From the human T2T-CHM13v2.0 reference genome, Homo sapiens, in NCBI RefSeq assembly GCF_009914755.1, contig NC_060928.1: DNA of 64,000 nt; one strand, 5' to 3'. Position 1 is the stretch's first letter. Each line of letters begins with the position of its first letter. Position numbers and translations under genes: made by a program. Below the pieces are notes generated by a model. The model ran no database searches, was not told where the DNA came from, and saw only the letters and a list, made by a program, of their open reading frames with translations. Below, piece by piece: positions 40,288 through 53,263 of the stretch.

Positions 40288-40483
40288 TCCTGATCTGCTT
40301 CATTCATTTCTTCCAATATTCATAACATCATTTACAGTTTCTGTTTTTAATTAGAGACATCTAATGATTAACACTAGCCAATTTGCCTCCAATTACCACC
40401 AGTGAAAAATTACAGGTGGATGAAAGGCTGAGTAGAATTACTCACTCAGCAATGGATACCTGAGTAACTATAAGGATGAAACA
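40288..40483 (-). repeat. Right arm of the 196-bp inverted repeat
   Basis: tcctgatctgcttcattc...gagtaactataaggatgaaaca; mirror coordinate = 77525 minus left-arm position. Confidence 0.97.
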
Positions 40484-41479
40484 TTGAGTAGCCTCCAGAA
40501 TCCAAGATAGTTTCTCTTTTTGCCAAAATGAGAGCTTTGTCTTGGAAAATGGCAAAGGATATATTATTTAAATAAAGTATCCCAAATTTCCTAGGTTGTT
40601 AATGATCTGATTTGGTTTTCCTGTTTTAGAAATGAATTTTTTCTGTTGTAATTGAATGTTACTTGAACTGTTTAGCCTCACAGTGCATCAGATTGTTGAA
40701 TTTCTCAGGACTGTCTCCCAGTTGAAGAAAGCCAACTATTATTAGATTTCACCTTGTTTACATTTCAAGAAAGATCAGGGGTATATGGCTATTATTAATG
40801 ACTTTTAAGTTTTCTTAGAGTGGTTTGATATTTTCAGTACTATTTACTTTACACCATAGTTACTAGCAATGAAAGTGTGTAGGAAAAAGACCACATGAGA
40901 TGCTAGGGAACATGGTATAAAGGAAGGATTTAAACTATTCTGTAGTAACTCTGGAATGAGAGAATCTTGGATTTTAGTATAGTTCTGAAAGCAAAGAAGG
41001 GAAGTGGAAAGGTTTGAAGTCCTTGGAAGAAAAACAAAAGATATGAGTTAAGAAACAGTTTTCTGTTCTAGAACTGATGGTAGGATATAAGGACCTACAG
41101 AAAGCCTTCACTGATTCTCAATCATAATTTGCTCTGAGGTTTTTTCCTCTTATATTTCCTCTTTCAATTTTTTCTTCCATAGGAATGATGCAAGATAGCA
41201 CTAGTTATTTTACAGGGAAGATTTTTTGAACAGCTTGAGTATTCTGGTAGATATTGTTTAGATATTCTTAGAAATTCAGCCATGAAAGTTATTGCTCTAT
41301 ATTTTACCTTTCTCTGTGTTACATAGGAGCATATATATAAAAGAAGGATTCAATACTATATAGAAAGGTTCCCCATATTCCTGTCTGGAGCTATAGAATA
41401 GCGCATCTTTAGGATTCTCTGTGCAAACCAGCTAGTTAAAAAACAAAACAAAGCAAAACACAATGCTCCTAAATATAGC

Positions 41480-41670
41480 CACAAATTTATGACCCGCTCT
41501 GTGCCAGACACAATACTATTTGATCCTTACAATAATACTATGAGGGAAGATATTATCCCTATCTTGAGGATGAAGATAAGATATCAGAAATTCAGAGATA
41601 TGAGTCAAAACTGTAACTGTTGGATCTACCTCTCAAGCATGTTCTTTTTCTATCACTTTGTACCACCTCT
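41480..41670 (-). mobile_element. MIR SINE
   Basis: ctctgtgccagacac...atttgatccttacaataatactatgaggg...attatccctatcttgaggatgaagat. Confidence 0.65.
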
Positions 41671-42267
41671 TACAAAATTCTCCCTCAGCATAGAAAAAAG
41701 AACGTATCTCGATCTTCTCTATGTTTTCTCACTGATGCTGTCTGTATGGTCACTGAATAATATTGGAGTAAATGTAGCTCTTTATCAAGTTCAAAGATTT
41801 ACCATCATATCATATGAAGTATATGTTTTTGAGCTGCCTGCAACTTGAGACAATAATTTTTTTTCCTGGCACACAGCTACAACACCTTCTTCTTTTCTTA
41901 ACAACAATGGGTTTGGCTTTAATTGCCTCTTAAATACAAAGTTTAATTATAGTTGCAAAACTATTTTAAGCCATCAAACTTTCTACTACATTATAGCAAA
42001 ATTATCTTAAAAGAAGAAAAAAAATTTAACTTTAGGGAAACTTTGATAGTGATAGTAATATGATAGCATCTGAAACATATACATTATATATAAACATATA
42101 TATATTACATTTAATATATGGTGATAACTGGCATTTAATAAAATATTTTAGGTATATCAAAAGATTGAACTACAGGACTAAAATCTATGATTAAAAACAA
42201 ACAACAGAGATACCCTAAAGATTAACCAGATACTAAAATTGACAAATACTTTAAAATTTATATGGTA

Positions 42268-42430
42268 AATTGGATTGTTCGTAACACAAAGGATAAATAC
42301 TTGAGGTGATGGATATCCCACTTACCCTGATATGATGATTATACATTGTATACCTGTACCAAAATATTTCATATACCTAATAAATATATATACCTACCAT
42401 GTACCCATAAACATTAAAAATTAAAACAAT
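42268..42430 (+). mobile_element. L1MA-type 3' end
   Basis: ggattgttcgtaacacaaaggataaatacttgaggtgatggatatccc...ccctgat...tacctaccatgtaccca. Confidence 0.8.
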
Positions 42431-43520
42431 AAAATGTTTATGCCAAGTATATTCAAAAATAGAGAAAAATATAGAAATATAGAAAATAGGTAAAAAACTT
42501 TTCACAAGAAAATTGGAAACTATAAAAAGTAGTAAACAGAAGTTCTAAATAAGAAAAACATAATAACTGAAATAACCATTTGAAAGCTGTACAGATGCAG
42601 CAGAAGAGGAGATCAGTGAATTGGAAAACAGGTCAATAGAAAAACTCCAAACAGAATTTCAGAGAGAACAACTTTGAAAACAGAGAAAATACAAAAGAGA
42701 TTTGTGAGGCACATTCAAAATGTTCAACATGTTTGCAATGGAAGTCAGGAAGGGAAGAGAGAATATGAAAGAAGCAATAATTGAAATAATAATGGCTGAT
42801 AATTTTCTAAAACTGAGAAAATACAACAACTCACAAGATTCAAGAAGCTATGTGAACCCCAATCAAGGTAAGCAGAAAGAGAATAATACCTAGACAGATC
42901 ATAATAAAAGCACTGGAAATTCAGGACAAAAAACTCTTGAAAGAAGCAAGGACTGGGGCTGGGAGAGGTTGGGTGGACATCATATCTTCAAAGGAGTAAC
43001 AGTAAAGAAAAAAGACTGACAATGGACCTTTCAATAAATATAATAAAAACTAGGTGGCAATGGAATGATGTATTTGAAGTGCTAGAAAGCATAGAGTTGC
43101 CAAAGTTGAATGCTATACCTAATGAGAACTTTCTTCAAAAATAGAAGGTGAAATGGAGGCATTTTCAGAAAAAAAATTAAAGAATATGTCACCAACTTAC
43201 ATGAATTGAAATAAAAATTAAAAGGTATAAGGAAAATGATTCCAGATGCAAAAAATTAGAAAATGCAGAAACAATGAAGGACAATAGAAATAATAAATAT
43301 ATAGTTAAATATCAATGAGCAGTGATTGCTCAGAACAACAATAATAATATTTGTGAGATTTAAATGTGAGATTTAAATGTATTTGAATGTATTACAAATG
43401 TAATTAAATGTGTTACATATGTATTACAATCCACAAAAGATGTGATTGGGGCTAATAAAGTTAAAATCTTCTAAAGCTGAAGAAATATTAGCAGTGTGTT
43501 TAAGATAATAATTTGCTGTT

Positions 43521-43801
43521 GGCTGGGTGTGGTGGTTCATACCTATAATCCCAGCACTTTGGGCAACCAAGGCTGTAGGGTTGCTTGAGGCCAGGAGCAT
43601 CAGACCATCCTGGGCAACTTAATGAGACCCTGCCTCTACAAAATTTAGCCAGGCATGGTGGTGCATACCTGTAGTTCCAGCTACTTGGTGGGGACGCTGA
43701 GGTGGAAGGATCACTTAAGCCTGGGATTTCAATGCTGCAGTAAGCTGTTATTGTGCCACTGCACTCCAGCCTGGGTAACAAAGTGAGACCCTGTCTCAAA
43801 A
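43521..43801 (+). mobile_element. AluJ SINE with 19-bp TSD
   Basis: Diverged dimer with gaccctgtctc ends; TSD aagataataatttgctgtt/aagataataatgtgctgtc. Confidence 0.93.
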
Positions 43802-44149
43802 AAGATAATAATGTGCTGTCTACTATAATAAACCAAGGATGTATGTTGTTATATCTTGGATAAAGTAATAGTAAACAAATGAATAACAAGTAATTTAAGA
43901 GTGCTAATTGGATTAACAAAAAATACATGACAAATCCAACATAAGTTTAGAAAGAAAATAAAAGAAATATAAATAGGTATATCAAATTGAAAACAAATAA
44001 CAATATAGTATATGTTACCAGAAATATATCAGTGATTATATAAAATGCAAATGCTGTAAAATCCACATGTAAAAGTCCAAAATTTCCAGACTGAATACAA
44101 CACCAAAATCCTACTTTATGCTGCTTAAGAGAGACATGATTTAAATAGT

Positions 44150-44870
44150 AATGGGATGGTCAAGGTAAGCCTCCTTGAGAAATTATATTTGAGCAAATAC
44201 TGATTGGATTGAGCAAGTGGATCTCAGGAGGAAGAATGTTTGGGCAGAAGTAACAACCAGAGCCATGACCCTAAGGAGAGAGTATGGCTGGAATGGATAA
44301 GGAACAGGAAAGAAGCCAGTGGAGAAGGAGAGTAGAGTGAAAGAGCCAAAGACCAGTTGCAGAGGCAATCAGAACAGTAAGAAGAGCCAGATGAGAAAGA
44401 GCCTGGTTGGCTAATGCAGAATTTTGGATTCTAAGTAAATTGGAGAATGGTTGTGGGATTTTGAGTAGGCAAGTGATACAATCCGAGTTAAAATTTACAA
44501 GCATCATTCTGACTGCTGTGGTGAGAAGTGGAAGCATGAAGATGTTTTTGGAAATTATTGCCACAACCCAGTAAGAGTTAAGGGTGGCTTGAACCAGGAT
44601 GGTAGCAATGAAGGTATTGAGAAGTGATTGGATTTTGGATATAGTTGAATCCCCAGTAAACTGGAAGCAGAGAGGTGCAACTACCTGTCATTAACTGCAG
44701 ATAGAAAACGTGTATGAACAGCCAACCTGATTTAGAAGACCTTCAAACAGAGACAAGATAGAACATTTAAGAAGTGAAATTTAGCTCATAGCTGACTGAA
44801 TGGTTATGTTAGTGGACATAAAAAGATCAGATGTGGAAAGTGAAGTGTCGGAGAGTCAAGGATAAACCAG
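44150..44870 (-). mobile_element. L2 LINE fragment
   Basis: Purine-rich antisense L2 (gaagaatgtttgggcagaag, gaagccagtgg, atcattctgactgctgtgg, ggcttgaaccaggatggtagcaatgaagg, gattttggatat). Confidence 0.7.
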
Positions 44871-47800
44871 TAAGACAGGAAGCAAAATGTCCACAAATGA
44901 GTAATGGTTGCACTTCTATTGCATTTGTTGAGCATCCTTCCTTTTGAAGCTAGGTTTTTAGTTGAAAGTCCTGCTGCAAGAAGCTAACATTTCAAGGGTG
45001 AACACATTATAAGTGAAATACATTTAAAAAAATAAGAAAAATAAAGAATGTTCTCTTTTCCCAAACTAATAGATTTGTAAATAAATATTAGTTCCCTCCC
45101 TCTCTGCTATACATCTTAGCAGCATATTGAGTGACTGTGTAAACATATTTTTAAAAATTATATGTATAATCAGTATCATCAATGATAAATTGGAAAAGAG
45201 CACTTAAAAACACATAAATTACTCTTTTTTCCCCAGGTACATCTGTAACCGAAGATAATTCCTTGTATAATACATAACAGGCTTTCTATTTTTTGGACAG
45301 CAATGATTTATACTTATTTTTTCCTTGTAAAGGGGAGTATCCGATTCTTGGGGACATCAATTAGTGAATCTGATGAGGAGGATTCAATGATACTATAAAG
45401 ATTAATGGTCCTGTGATTTCTGAGACAAGATGTATTTTAAAGTCTTATTGAGTGAATTGCTCTCAGCATCTTGTCAAGTGATGCAAATATCTACTGTAGG
45501 GTATTCTGCACTGGCAAAGGACTAGGATTATGCTTTTTCATTAGTAGATGATCATATACTCTCAGGGTACCCTAAGTAGTTTGCTTTATAAAAATTAATG
45601 CTCAATTATAAAATATAAATTTTAGAATCATATTTTATTTTAGGAATCTCAGATAAAACCATGAAGGAATGACAGGGCTAGCCAGTCTTCTTCATCTTGA
45701 TATCCAGGAGGCTTGTACATTGACAGGCTTATTAGTTGATGCTAATATCTCTTCATTGAATTCAAAATACAGAGTACTTGTCACCTTGTTAAAATGCAGA
45801 AAGCTTTTTCTTTCTTCTTGCATTTGTTTACGGAATATTATGAAATATGAGTTTAGAAACAAAAGCACTTCCAGATAGAAAGCTCCTGGTCCTTTCCAGT
45901 ATAACCATGAAGATGGATATTTTATAAAACTAGTAAGTTTGGAGCAATAGTTGTAAAACTCCTCATGTTATTGAGATTAAAGAGAAATTCACAGAGATCA
46001 AAACTTTGCATAAAACATTTGGAAAATAAATTAAGTAAAAATAATAGGCAATTTATAAATAATGAGAATTTTGAGAGAAGAAAGTAAAACTCTTTTTGTA
46101 TAGTAAGACTCTGATATTTAATGAAGCAAATCATACTGTTCTAAAAATGAGAGGATTTTTACTTGCCTAACTCCTTCCTAACAATTATGATTTTTAAAAT
46201 AGTTTAAAGGCAGTTTCTTTCTTTATAAAACAAATCTAAAATAAAGAAACTTATAAAAATTGCTTTTGTTAATTAATATCAAGTACATCATGCTGAGAAA
46301 ACTTGTTCTAAAATCATAGGTCATGAAAAACTTTGGTGTTTGAAATAAGATTTGGGAGAATGCAACATATCATTCTTGTCTGAAGGATCTGAGCCATGCG
46401 GGTCACTTTGACATAAAAAAGCAGCATCAATTTTCAATCCAGCTAAGCTTCAGATAAAGGTTTTTGGAGACAATATTCCACATAAATCGTAGCTTTGCCT
46501 TTTTCAAAGGTAATAAGACCCTGAGTACTCTTCTAGCCTGGGTGATAGATTATGATGTTCTTAATATGGTCTAAAAAGAAAAATCCTCAGAGCCCATGGC
46601 CCAAGTCATGTAAACAATGTTTTCCACATTGTTGAATTGACTTACAATTCGGATTACCATTTTCTTATCAACGATTTCTCAAGTTCCACTTTATTCTTTC
46701 TGTCTCCTGAAAAAAATTGCTGATGTACCCAGTTTTTAAATGATGGCCACATCCTGAGCTGGTCCCCTATTTCCCCTAGTCACTCCTTATGCTTCAGCAC
46801 CATCCATCCCCTTCAGCCTCCAAACTCCCTATTTCAGAAACATTCCAGGGTTCCTTTTGTGCCCACTCTCCCTTGCTGCAGCAAGTTAATAAACCATAAA
46901 CATGGCTTGGTTTGACTATAATGCGTTCCTGGCATTTCTTTTCTTACGCTGTTTTATGACAACTTTCACTGTCGCATCAAACTGAAAGACAGCAAAAATC
47001 ATATTCTTCTCTGAGAAATAAACTCAAGAACAGCAATCCTTTTAACTTTAGATATTTATATAAAAATATCATTGCAATCCTTGAAAAAAAAAGCTAGATA
47101 GTTCTGATGGGTCATTAATTCATCAGATTAATTGGTATTGTAATTTTCAAGGTAATATTTAGAACACACACTTATAGAACATCTAGGGTACATTTTTTTA
47201 GAAGCAATGGAGAGTGTAGAATAGGCCAGAAATGTGGATATGGGTTAATAATTAGATTTTCAGAGAAGAGAAAATAGGCTTGTTCTCAGAAGGAAATCTG
47301 GGGAAGTTGATGTTGATTATCATGTGTGTGTGAAGATGATGGGTCGATAGATTTTTGAACATCTACAAGAAAAGCTAAGCAGGTTCTCAAAAGACTACAC
47401 TAGAGAGTAGGATAAATGAATAAACCAGTAAGTTGGTTACTAGAAGTCCACAGAGCAGAACAAGGGGACAGACTCAATCCTGTTGTAGAAGTGTTTGTAT
47501 TAGTGCAGCATGCCAGGGTTTTGCTAGGGCTCCTGGCTCCTCTCTCATGACCAGCAGCCACGTGGAGAAGGGATGAGGCTGATCTCCAGGCACGGCACGG
47601 AAGGAGGAGATCTCTTCAGTGGTGGACATCCTCTGCTTACGTTCTGTGGGTGATAGAGCTGATCTTGAGACTCGTGTCTTCAGGTATTAATGAAAATAAA
47701 CAAGAAAAATTCCTAACCGTATAAAAGACTTAAAATCTTGATACATAATAAAGGCAAAATTATTCAAGTCACAGGCATTCACCTTTATTGGATACAAGAT

Positions 47801-48561
47801 GAACAAGTAAGGAAGACAAGATACAACTTTTAGTAGACGATAGTTTTTTGGGGGATATTTATTTCTCAACATAAATGTGCCCCAATTTCTTGCTACATTT
47901 TACTTGAGTGTTTTCATGCATGTGTGTACTTCAACGAGTTCTTTTATAAAGGGAAATTTAGAGCCCAGAGCTAGCTTCTCTGATGACCCTATGCAGTATT
48001 GAGTATAAGAATTAAATGGGAAGAAACAAAAAATTTAGACTGAAGTAAACATTTAAAGTGCCTTTTTGAGTCTTTTGACCTTGATTTTTATAATTTAGCC
48101 AAGAGTGTGCTTGCATGAGTCAAACTAACTCCCATCAGTCCCCTGTCTTTCTGTAACTAAAGTTCTTTTCATCTTTATTTTCTTTGCAGTCATTCATTTT
48201 CTTCTCTTCCATAGTTTTCTTTTTAAGTAATATTTGGTATTTTAAGATTAAATTCCCAGACACCTTTCCTCCAGGCGGAAAACACTGTGAAAGGGAATGC
48301 AAATTATTTCCAATAAAAATGGTGTAAGTGTGAAAACTTACAGAGAATGACATTTTCTACCTTTCATCAGGGGGAGTTTTAACTACATTTGATATTAAGG
48401 TGTTAAAAAACACATTTCCCCAGATTCTGTGACTTATCAAACCAAATGGCCTTGTTCTGGCCTAGTAGTAGGCAGCTTGCAGTTCCCACAGAAAAACTTG
48501 GTTGAGAGCAGGAAATGCAAACAAGTGAACAAACAAAACAAACCAAAGCCAAGAACAGCCA

Positions 48562-49090
48562 TGCTCATTTATTCAGCAAATATTCTTTTATATACTTACT
48601 GTGTGACAGACACTTTCCTACATTCTGGAGATTAAAAGAAAAAAAAGCTCAGCCCTGGCCCATGGACTCAGTTTACAGACATTGGGAGGATAGATATTAT
48701 AAACATGTTTTTTTTTTCTATGCTATTGTAGGCACACATGGTTGTATCACAGTGAGTTTTTATCTGAGTAGAAATGTGGGTCAAGGCTGCTTTCTGAGGT
48801 AAATTACATTTAGGATGAGAGGATCTAGAGATGAAGCAAACACCTTTTGAGTCCTTAGTAAATGACCAACATTGTGCTAAGTACTTTAGAGATATCATAT
48901 AATTGAATTATATCAAAATCTAAAGTGGGAAACAGCACAATCATCCCCTTTTTTCAGTGAGAAAATTGAGCCTTGCAGAAATTAAGTGACTTACCCAAGA
49001 TCACAGAGCCCATTCAGGGCCAACTTGGGTTTGAGTTCATGTCGATTTCGGTGAGGTGCCCAAAGCCACCTTCTTTTACCTTCTCACACA
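48562..49090 (-). mobile_element. L2 3' end followed by a MIR
   Basis: cattcagcaaatatt-like start (catttattcagcaaatatt)...tactgtgtgacagacac (L2); cagtgagaaaattgagccttgcagaaattaagtgacttacccaagatcacag (MIR core). Confidence 0.7.
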
Positions 49091-50186
49091 TTGTAGGCAG
49101 TATGCTGAATAAGTCTTAAAAAATACAGTTAATTTTTTTTCCTTCATGGCAGTTCTGGTGGATATGTTGATATAAATATCCTCTTATCTATAAAACTCTG
49201 AGGCTTATGTTCACAATGTGAATTTAATATTTAATTTAATATTTAAAAAGGCAAAATGTGAATCTTTGATACAGCAGGATAAATGCCTCTCCCAAGTTAC
49301 TCTTTATCTTAACATGTCTCAATACGCATAGATTAAAAAGTACTTTAAACTGAAAATTAAAGTTCTGAGTCTGTCCCACTCTATACATGGACAATGGGGA
49401 TATTCTGATTGTCCCAAATTAATTCCTGCAATGATATCCACCCACCATCAAAGCATCTGGCACTTTAGTCAGCAACAACATTAAAGATTAATGTTATAAG
49501 AAAGAATAAGGCCATTTACGGATAATCACATATGCAAACCAACTAGCTTTATTGACTAGGCAACTATCATTCAAATGAGTCTTTTTGATATTTTCAGCCT
49601 GGCGTCTTATGTCTTGTGCAGACTTCACACAGTCTTCCAGTACATTGGATTATCTGTTCTGACTTACACAATTTATTTACTTTGATTTTGTTATCTTGCT
49701 TCAGGTTTCACTCCTTTTTATTGCTTTAACTATTAGTATACCATGAAAGTTCTACTTGAGGCATTTGGCAAGAATGTCTGTACTTGAAGACAGCCTATCA
49801 TTTAGGATGCTTTCGACTTTAGGAAACAAGCAAACAAACAAAATCAACTCCAAATGGCACAGATAATAAGTAACATAATCTACAAACAGAAAGTTTTAAA
49901 GTAGAATAGATGAAGGCATCATTAATTCATTGGCTAAATAATATTATTAAGGATATGGGTTCCCCAGCCCACTTCTGTGCTATCTTCTGTGTCTTCACTA
50001 GCTTTCCAATGGTGCCAAGTTGTGTGTAGACTTTCTAGGCTCCATAGGCAGAATAACAGTGCTCCACAGAAGAAGAAGCCATCTCTTTCTGTGTGCCTCT
50101 TTTTTTTTTTGACAAAGAAAATATGTTGTAGAAGCTTCCTGGTAGACTTTCTTTCAGACTTTCGTTGGCCAGAAGAAGGTCACACA

Positions 50187-51030
50187 TGTCAACTCCAGGC
50201 TTACTTGCTCTCAGATTGATTCCTTAATTCTCCCTGACTCAACTCTACATTCCAGGAGGCCTCAGTTTCTGAAGGCTGTTTCTCTGACTCCTGGAACAAC
50301 TGGTTTCTGGGTGAATTTGGTCACAGGGTGGCACTGCTGGGAGATTAAAGGATAGGTAAGAGAGAGAAGCCAGGGTATTTCTTCTTCTTCCTCTCCCTCG
50401 GCTGCTACACCTCCAGCAGCTTCTGTCTTTTCTGTTTTCTAACATCTGCCAAGCTAGTGGACAGTGGGTCCAGATTCTGCAGATAATCCGGGGTTATGGT
50501 CTAAATGTGTGTGCCTCTCACAAATGTATGTGTTGAAATCCTAACTCCCAAAGTGACGGTTTAGAAGGTGGAGCCTTGGGGAAGTGATCAGGACATGGTG
50601 GGTGGAAGCCTTCATGATGGGATTAGTGTCTTTATAAAGGAGGCCTGGAGCGACCCCTTCACCCTTTCTGTCATGTGAGGATGGAATGAAAAGATGGCCA
50701 TCGATGCAGTGGGCCCTCACCAGATATCCAACCTATCAGGGCCTTGATCTTTGACTTCTCAGCTTCCAGAACTGTAAACAACAAATTTCTATTGTCTGTA
50801 AGTTCCCCAGTCTATGGTATGTTGTTATAACAGCACTAGTGGATCAAGACACCAGGCCAGTGGGCTTTGGTTCGACTTCCTGTTCGCTTTGCCTTTCCAG
50901 CTTATGAATGGTTGTGGCTTGGTATCCTTCCTCAACTATTTTATTGCTGTGTAAAAAAATTCCTTGCATTGAGTTCTCCTTGCTTCAAACACTTGTAGTG
51001 ATTATGTTTTCCTGATGAAATCCCAAATGA
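50187..51030 (+). mobile_element. LTR33-like ERVL LTR
   Basis: ggcactgctgggagatt...gagaagccagggtatttct... and 3' part ttgcttcaaacacttgtagtgattatgttttcctga. Confidence 0.55.
50492..50851 (+). mobile_element. MLT1A0-like MaLR LTR
   Basis: ttatggtctaaatg...tgttgaaatcctaactccc...gggattagtgtctttataaagga...ccttgatctttgacttctcagcttccagaactgt...aagaca. Confidence 0.85.
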
Positions 51031-51299
51031 GGTGTATGCCCACCAGTAAACCAGTTACTAGCAAGGAGAATGGGGTCTCCAGATTTTGTTTCTGTTGCAA
51101 GGTTGAAGGTAGGCAGTTTGTGTTATACAGATAATGGAGTCAGTCTTCTATTTTTCTCTTTAAGATTCTTTGTATGTAACGGAGGAAAAGAATACCTTAC
51201 ATATGCCTGGCAGCAGATTGGTGTAAAGATACACGAGGGGTAATTATTGCAAAGTAAGAGGTGATTTAAAAAGGAATTAAAAAGTATATATTTGGCCTC

Positions 51300-51708
51300 T
51301 GTATTATTTTTTCTTGGGCTGCTGTAATACAACACCATAGACCAGGTGGTTTAAAACACAGAAATTTATGTTCTAACAGTTTGGGAGGATGAGAGTCCAA
51401 GATCAAGGTTCTAACTAACCTGGTTCCAGTGAGGGCTCTGTTCCTGGCTTGCATCTGGCTGCTGTCTCCCTACATCCTCACATGACCTTTCCTCAGTGTG
51501 TGTGTGGAGAATGAGAAGGAGAGTGGAAGTCAGCACTCTGGTGTCTCTTCTTATAAAGACACTAATCTTACTGGATTGTGGCCCCACCTTTATGAATTCA
51601 TTAACCTTCATTACCCTGTTTTAGGCCTTATTTCAAAATACAATCACATTGGGATTTAAGGTCTCTACATGTTATTTTTGTTGGGGGAATACTATTCTGT
51701 CTATAGCA
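51300..51708 (-). mobile_element. MLT1A-like MaLR LTR
   Basis: tgtatt...gggctgctgtaatacaacaccatagacc...gtccaagatcaagg...gtctcttcttataaagacactaatc...ctatagca. Confidence 0.85.
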
Positions 51709-52139
51709 TTCCCAGTTGGTTTTGCCATATATGATGATACCTGGTAATTTTCTTTAATCACATTGCATGCCAGCTTTCTGTTCTCTGAAGTAGGGTTGTT
51801 GACACATCGGCATTGGGATGAAAGGGGCTGTGTAAGTGAAGAATTGTGTACCATTAGGCTTTACTGATATGGCTGATTAGATCTTATATACCTCGACTCT
51901 AGGAAAAAGGCATTTTCTTTTATTTTGTCTGGTTCTGTGTTTTGAAGGATGTGTTACCTATGTGAACATGCCTCCCATCTTGCTTTTGTTGTCTTCATTG
52001 TATTTGTTGCTTTGCAAAGACATAGTGAGGGTGAGTTTAAGATTTAAAATACAGGTGATTAAATAATACTTAATCTCTGGGATAAGGTTAGGGGAGGAGG
52101 GACACTACTTTTTCCTTTGTGACTAAATCAAAACATGAA

Positions 52140-53263
52140 TTTGATGTAAAACCCAAAACTATAAAAACTCTGAACATAGACATGGACAAAGATTTCATGA
52201 TGAAGACATTAAAAGCAATTGCCACAAAAGCAAACATTGACAAATGGGATCTAATTAAACTAAAGGGTTTCTGCACAAGAAAAGAAACTATTAACAGAAT
52301 AAACAGACAACCTACAGAACGGGGGGGGATATTTTACAAACTATGCATCCTACAAAGGTCTACTATCCAGCATCTATAAGGAACTTAAATTTACAAGAAA
52401 AAAACAAACAACTCCACTAAAAAGTGGGCAAAGGACATAAAAGGACACTTTTCAAGAGAAGACATACATGTGGCCAACAATAATTTGAACAAAAGTTCAT
52501 CACTTCTCATTAGAGAAATGCAGATCAAAACCACAGTGAGATACTATCTCACATCAGTCAGATACTATCTCATATCAGTCAGAATCGCTATTACTAAAAA
52601 GTAAAAAAAAAAAAAAATAGATGCTGGCAATGTTGCTGAGAAAAAGGAATGCTTATACACTGTTGGTGAGAGTGTAAATTAGTTCAACCGTTGTGGAAGA
52701 CAGTGTGGCAGTTCCTCAAAGAACTAAAGACAGAAATACCATTTGACCCAGCAATCCCATCACTGGGTATATACCCAAAGGAATATAAATCCTTCTGTTA
52801 TAAAGACACATGAATGCAAATGTTCATTGCAGCACTACTCACAGTAGCAAAGACATGGAATCAACCAAAATGCTCATCAATGATAGATTGGATAAAGAAA
52901 ATGTGGTACATGTACACCATGGAATACTATATAGCCATAAAAAATAACAAGATATTGTTCTTTCCAGGGACATGGACAGAGCTGGAGGCCATTATCATTA
53001 GCAAACTAATGCAGGAACAGAAAACAAAACACTACATATTCTCACTTATAACTCACTTATGGTGAAAACACATGAACACAGACTGGGGTCTGCTGGGGGG
53101 TAGAGGGTGGGAGGAGGGAGAGGAGCAGGAAAAATAACTAATGGGTACTAGACTTAATACCTGGGTGACTAAGTACTCTGTACAACAAACCCCAACAAAA
53201 GTTGACCTATGTAACAAACCTACACATATATCCCTCAACTTAAAATAAAAGTTAAAAAAAAAA
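52140..53263 (+). mobile_element. 5'-truncated L1 (L1PA13-15-like)
   Basis: ORF2 C-terminal fragments ([13 protein letters not shown]; [18 protein letters not shown]) and 3'UTR ggaaaaataactaatgggtactagacttaatacctgggtgac followed by poly-A. Confidence 0.92.

Larger units (their letters stand above)
42100..44140 (+). mobile_element. Old L1M ORF1/inter-ORF region carrying younger insertions
   Basis: A-rich degenerate ORF1 (gcagaagaggagatcagtgaattggaaaac, gaaataataatggctgataattttctaaaact, agattcaagaagct, atacctagacagatcataataaaa). Confidence 0.7.
49795..51100 (-). mobile_element. Old MLT1 (J/K-like) LTR hosting nested LTRs
   Basis: ttggccagaagaaggtcacacatg at about 50165-50188 resumes as cccaccagtaaaccagttactagcaaggagaatgg at about 51038. 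Confidence 0.55.

Noticed and set aside
37042-40483. Inverted repeat read as terminal inverted repeats of a 3.4-kb DNA transposon (ends TGT...ACA)
   Set aside because: No TSD (flanks tccg and ttga) and no transposase remnant in the spacer ORFs. 95% arm identity is also hard to reconcile with the age of primate DNA transposons unless homogenised. Not fully excluded without a Dfam search.
46130-46960. Possible old DNA-transposon and LTR fragments
   Set aside because: Too degenerate to assign a family or boundaries by eye.
52540-52583. Short tandem duplications (21 nt here; 14 nt near 38109; units at 26620-26730)
   Set aside because: Ordinary slippage duplications with no spacer-repeat array structure; not CRISPR-like.
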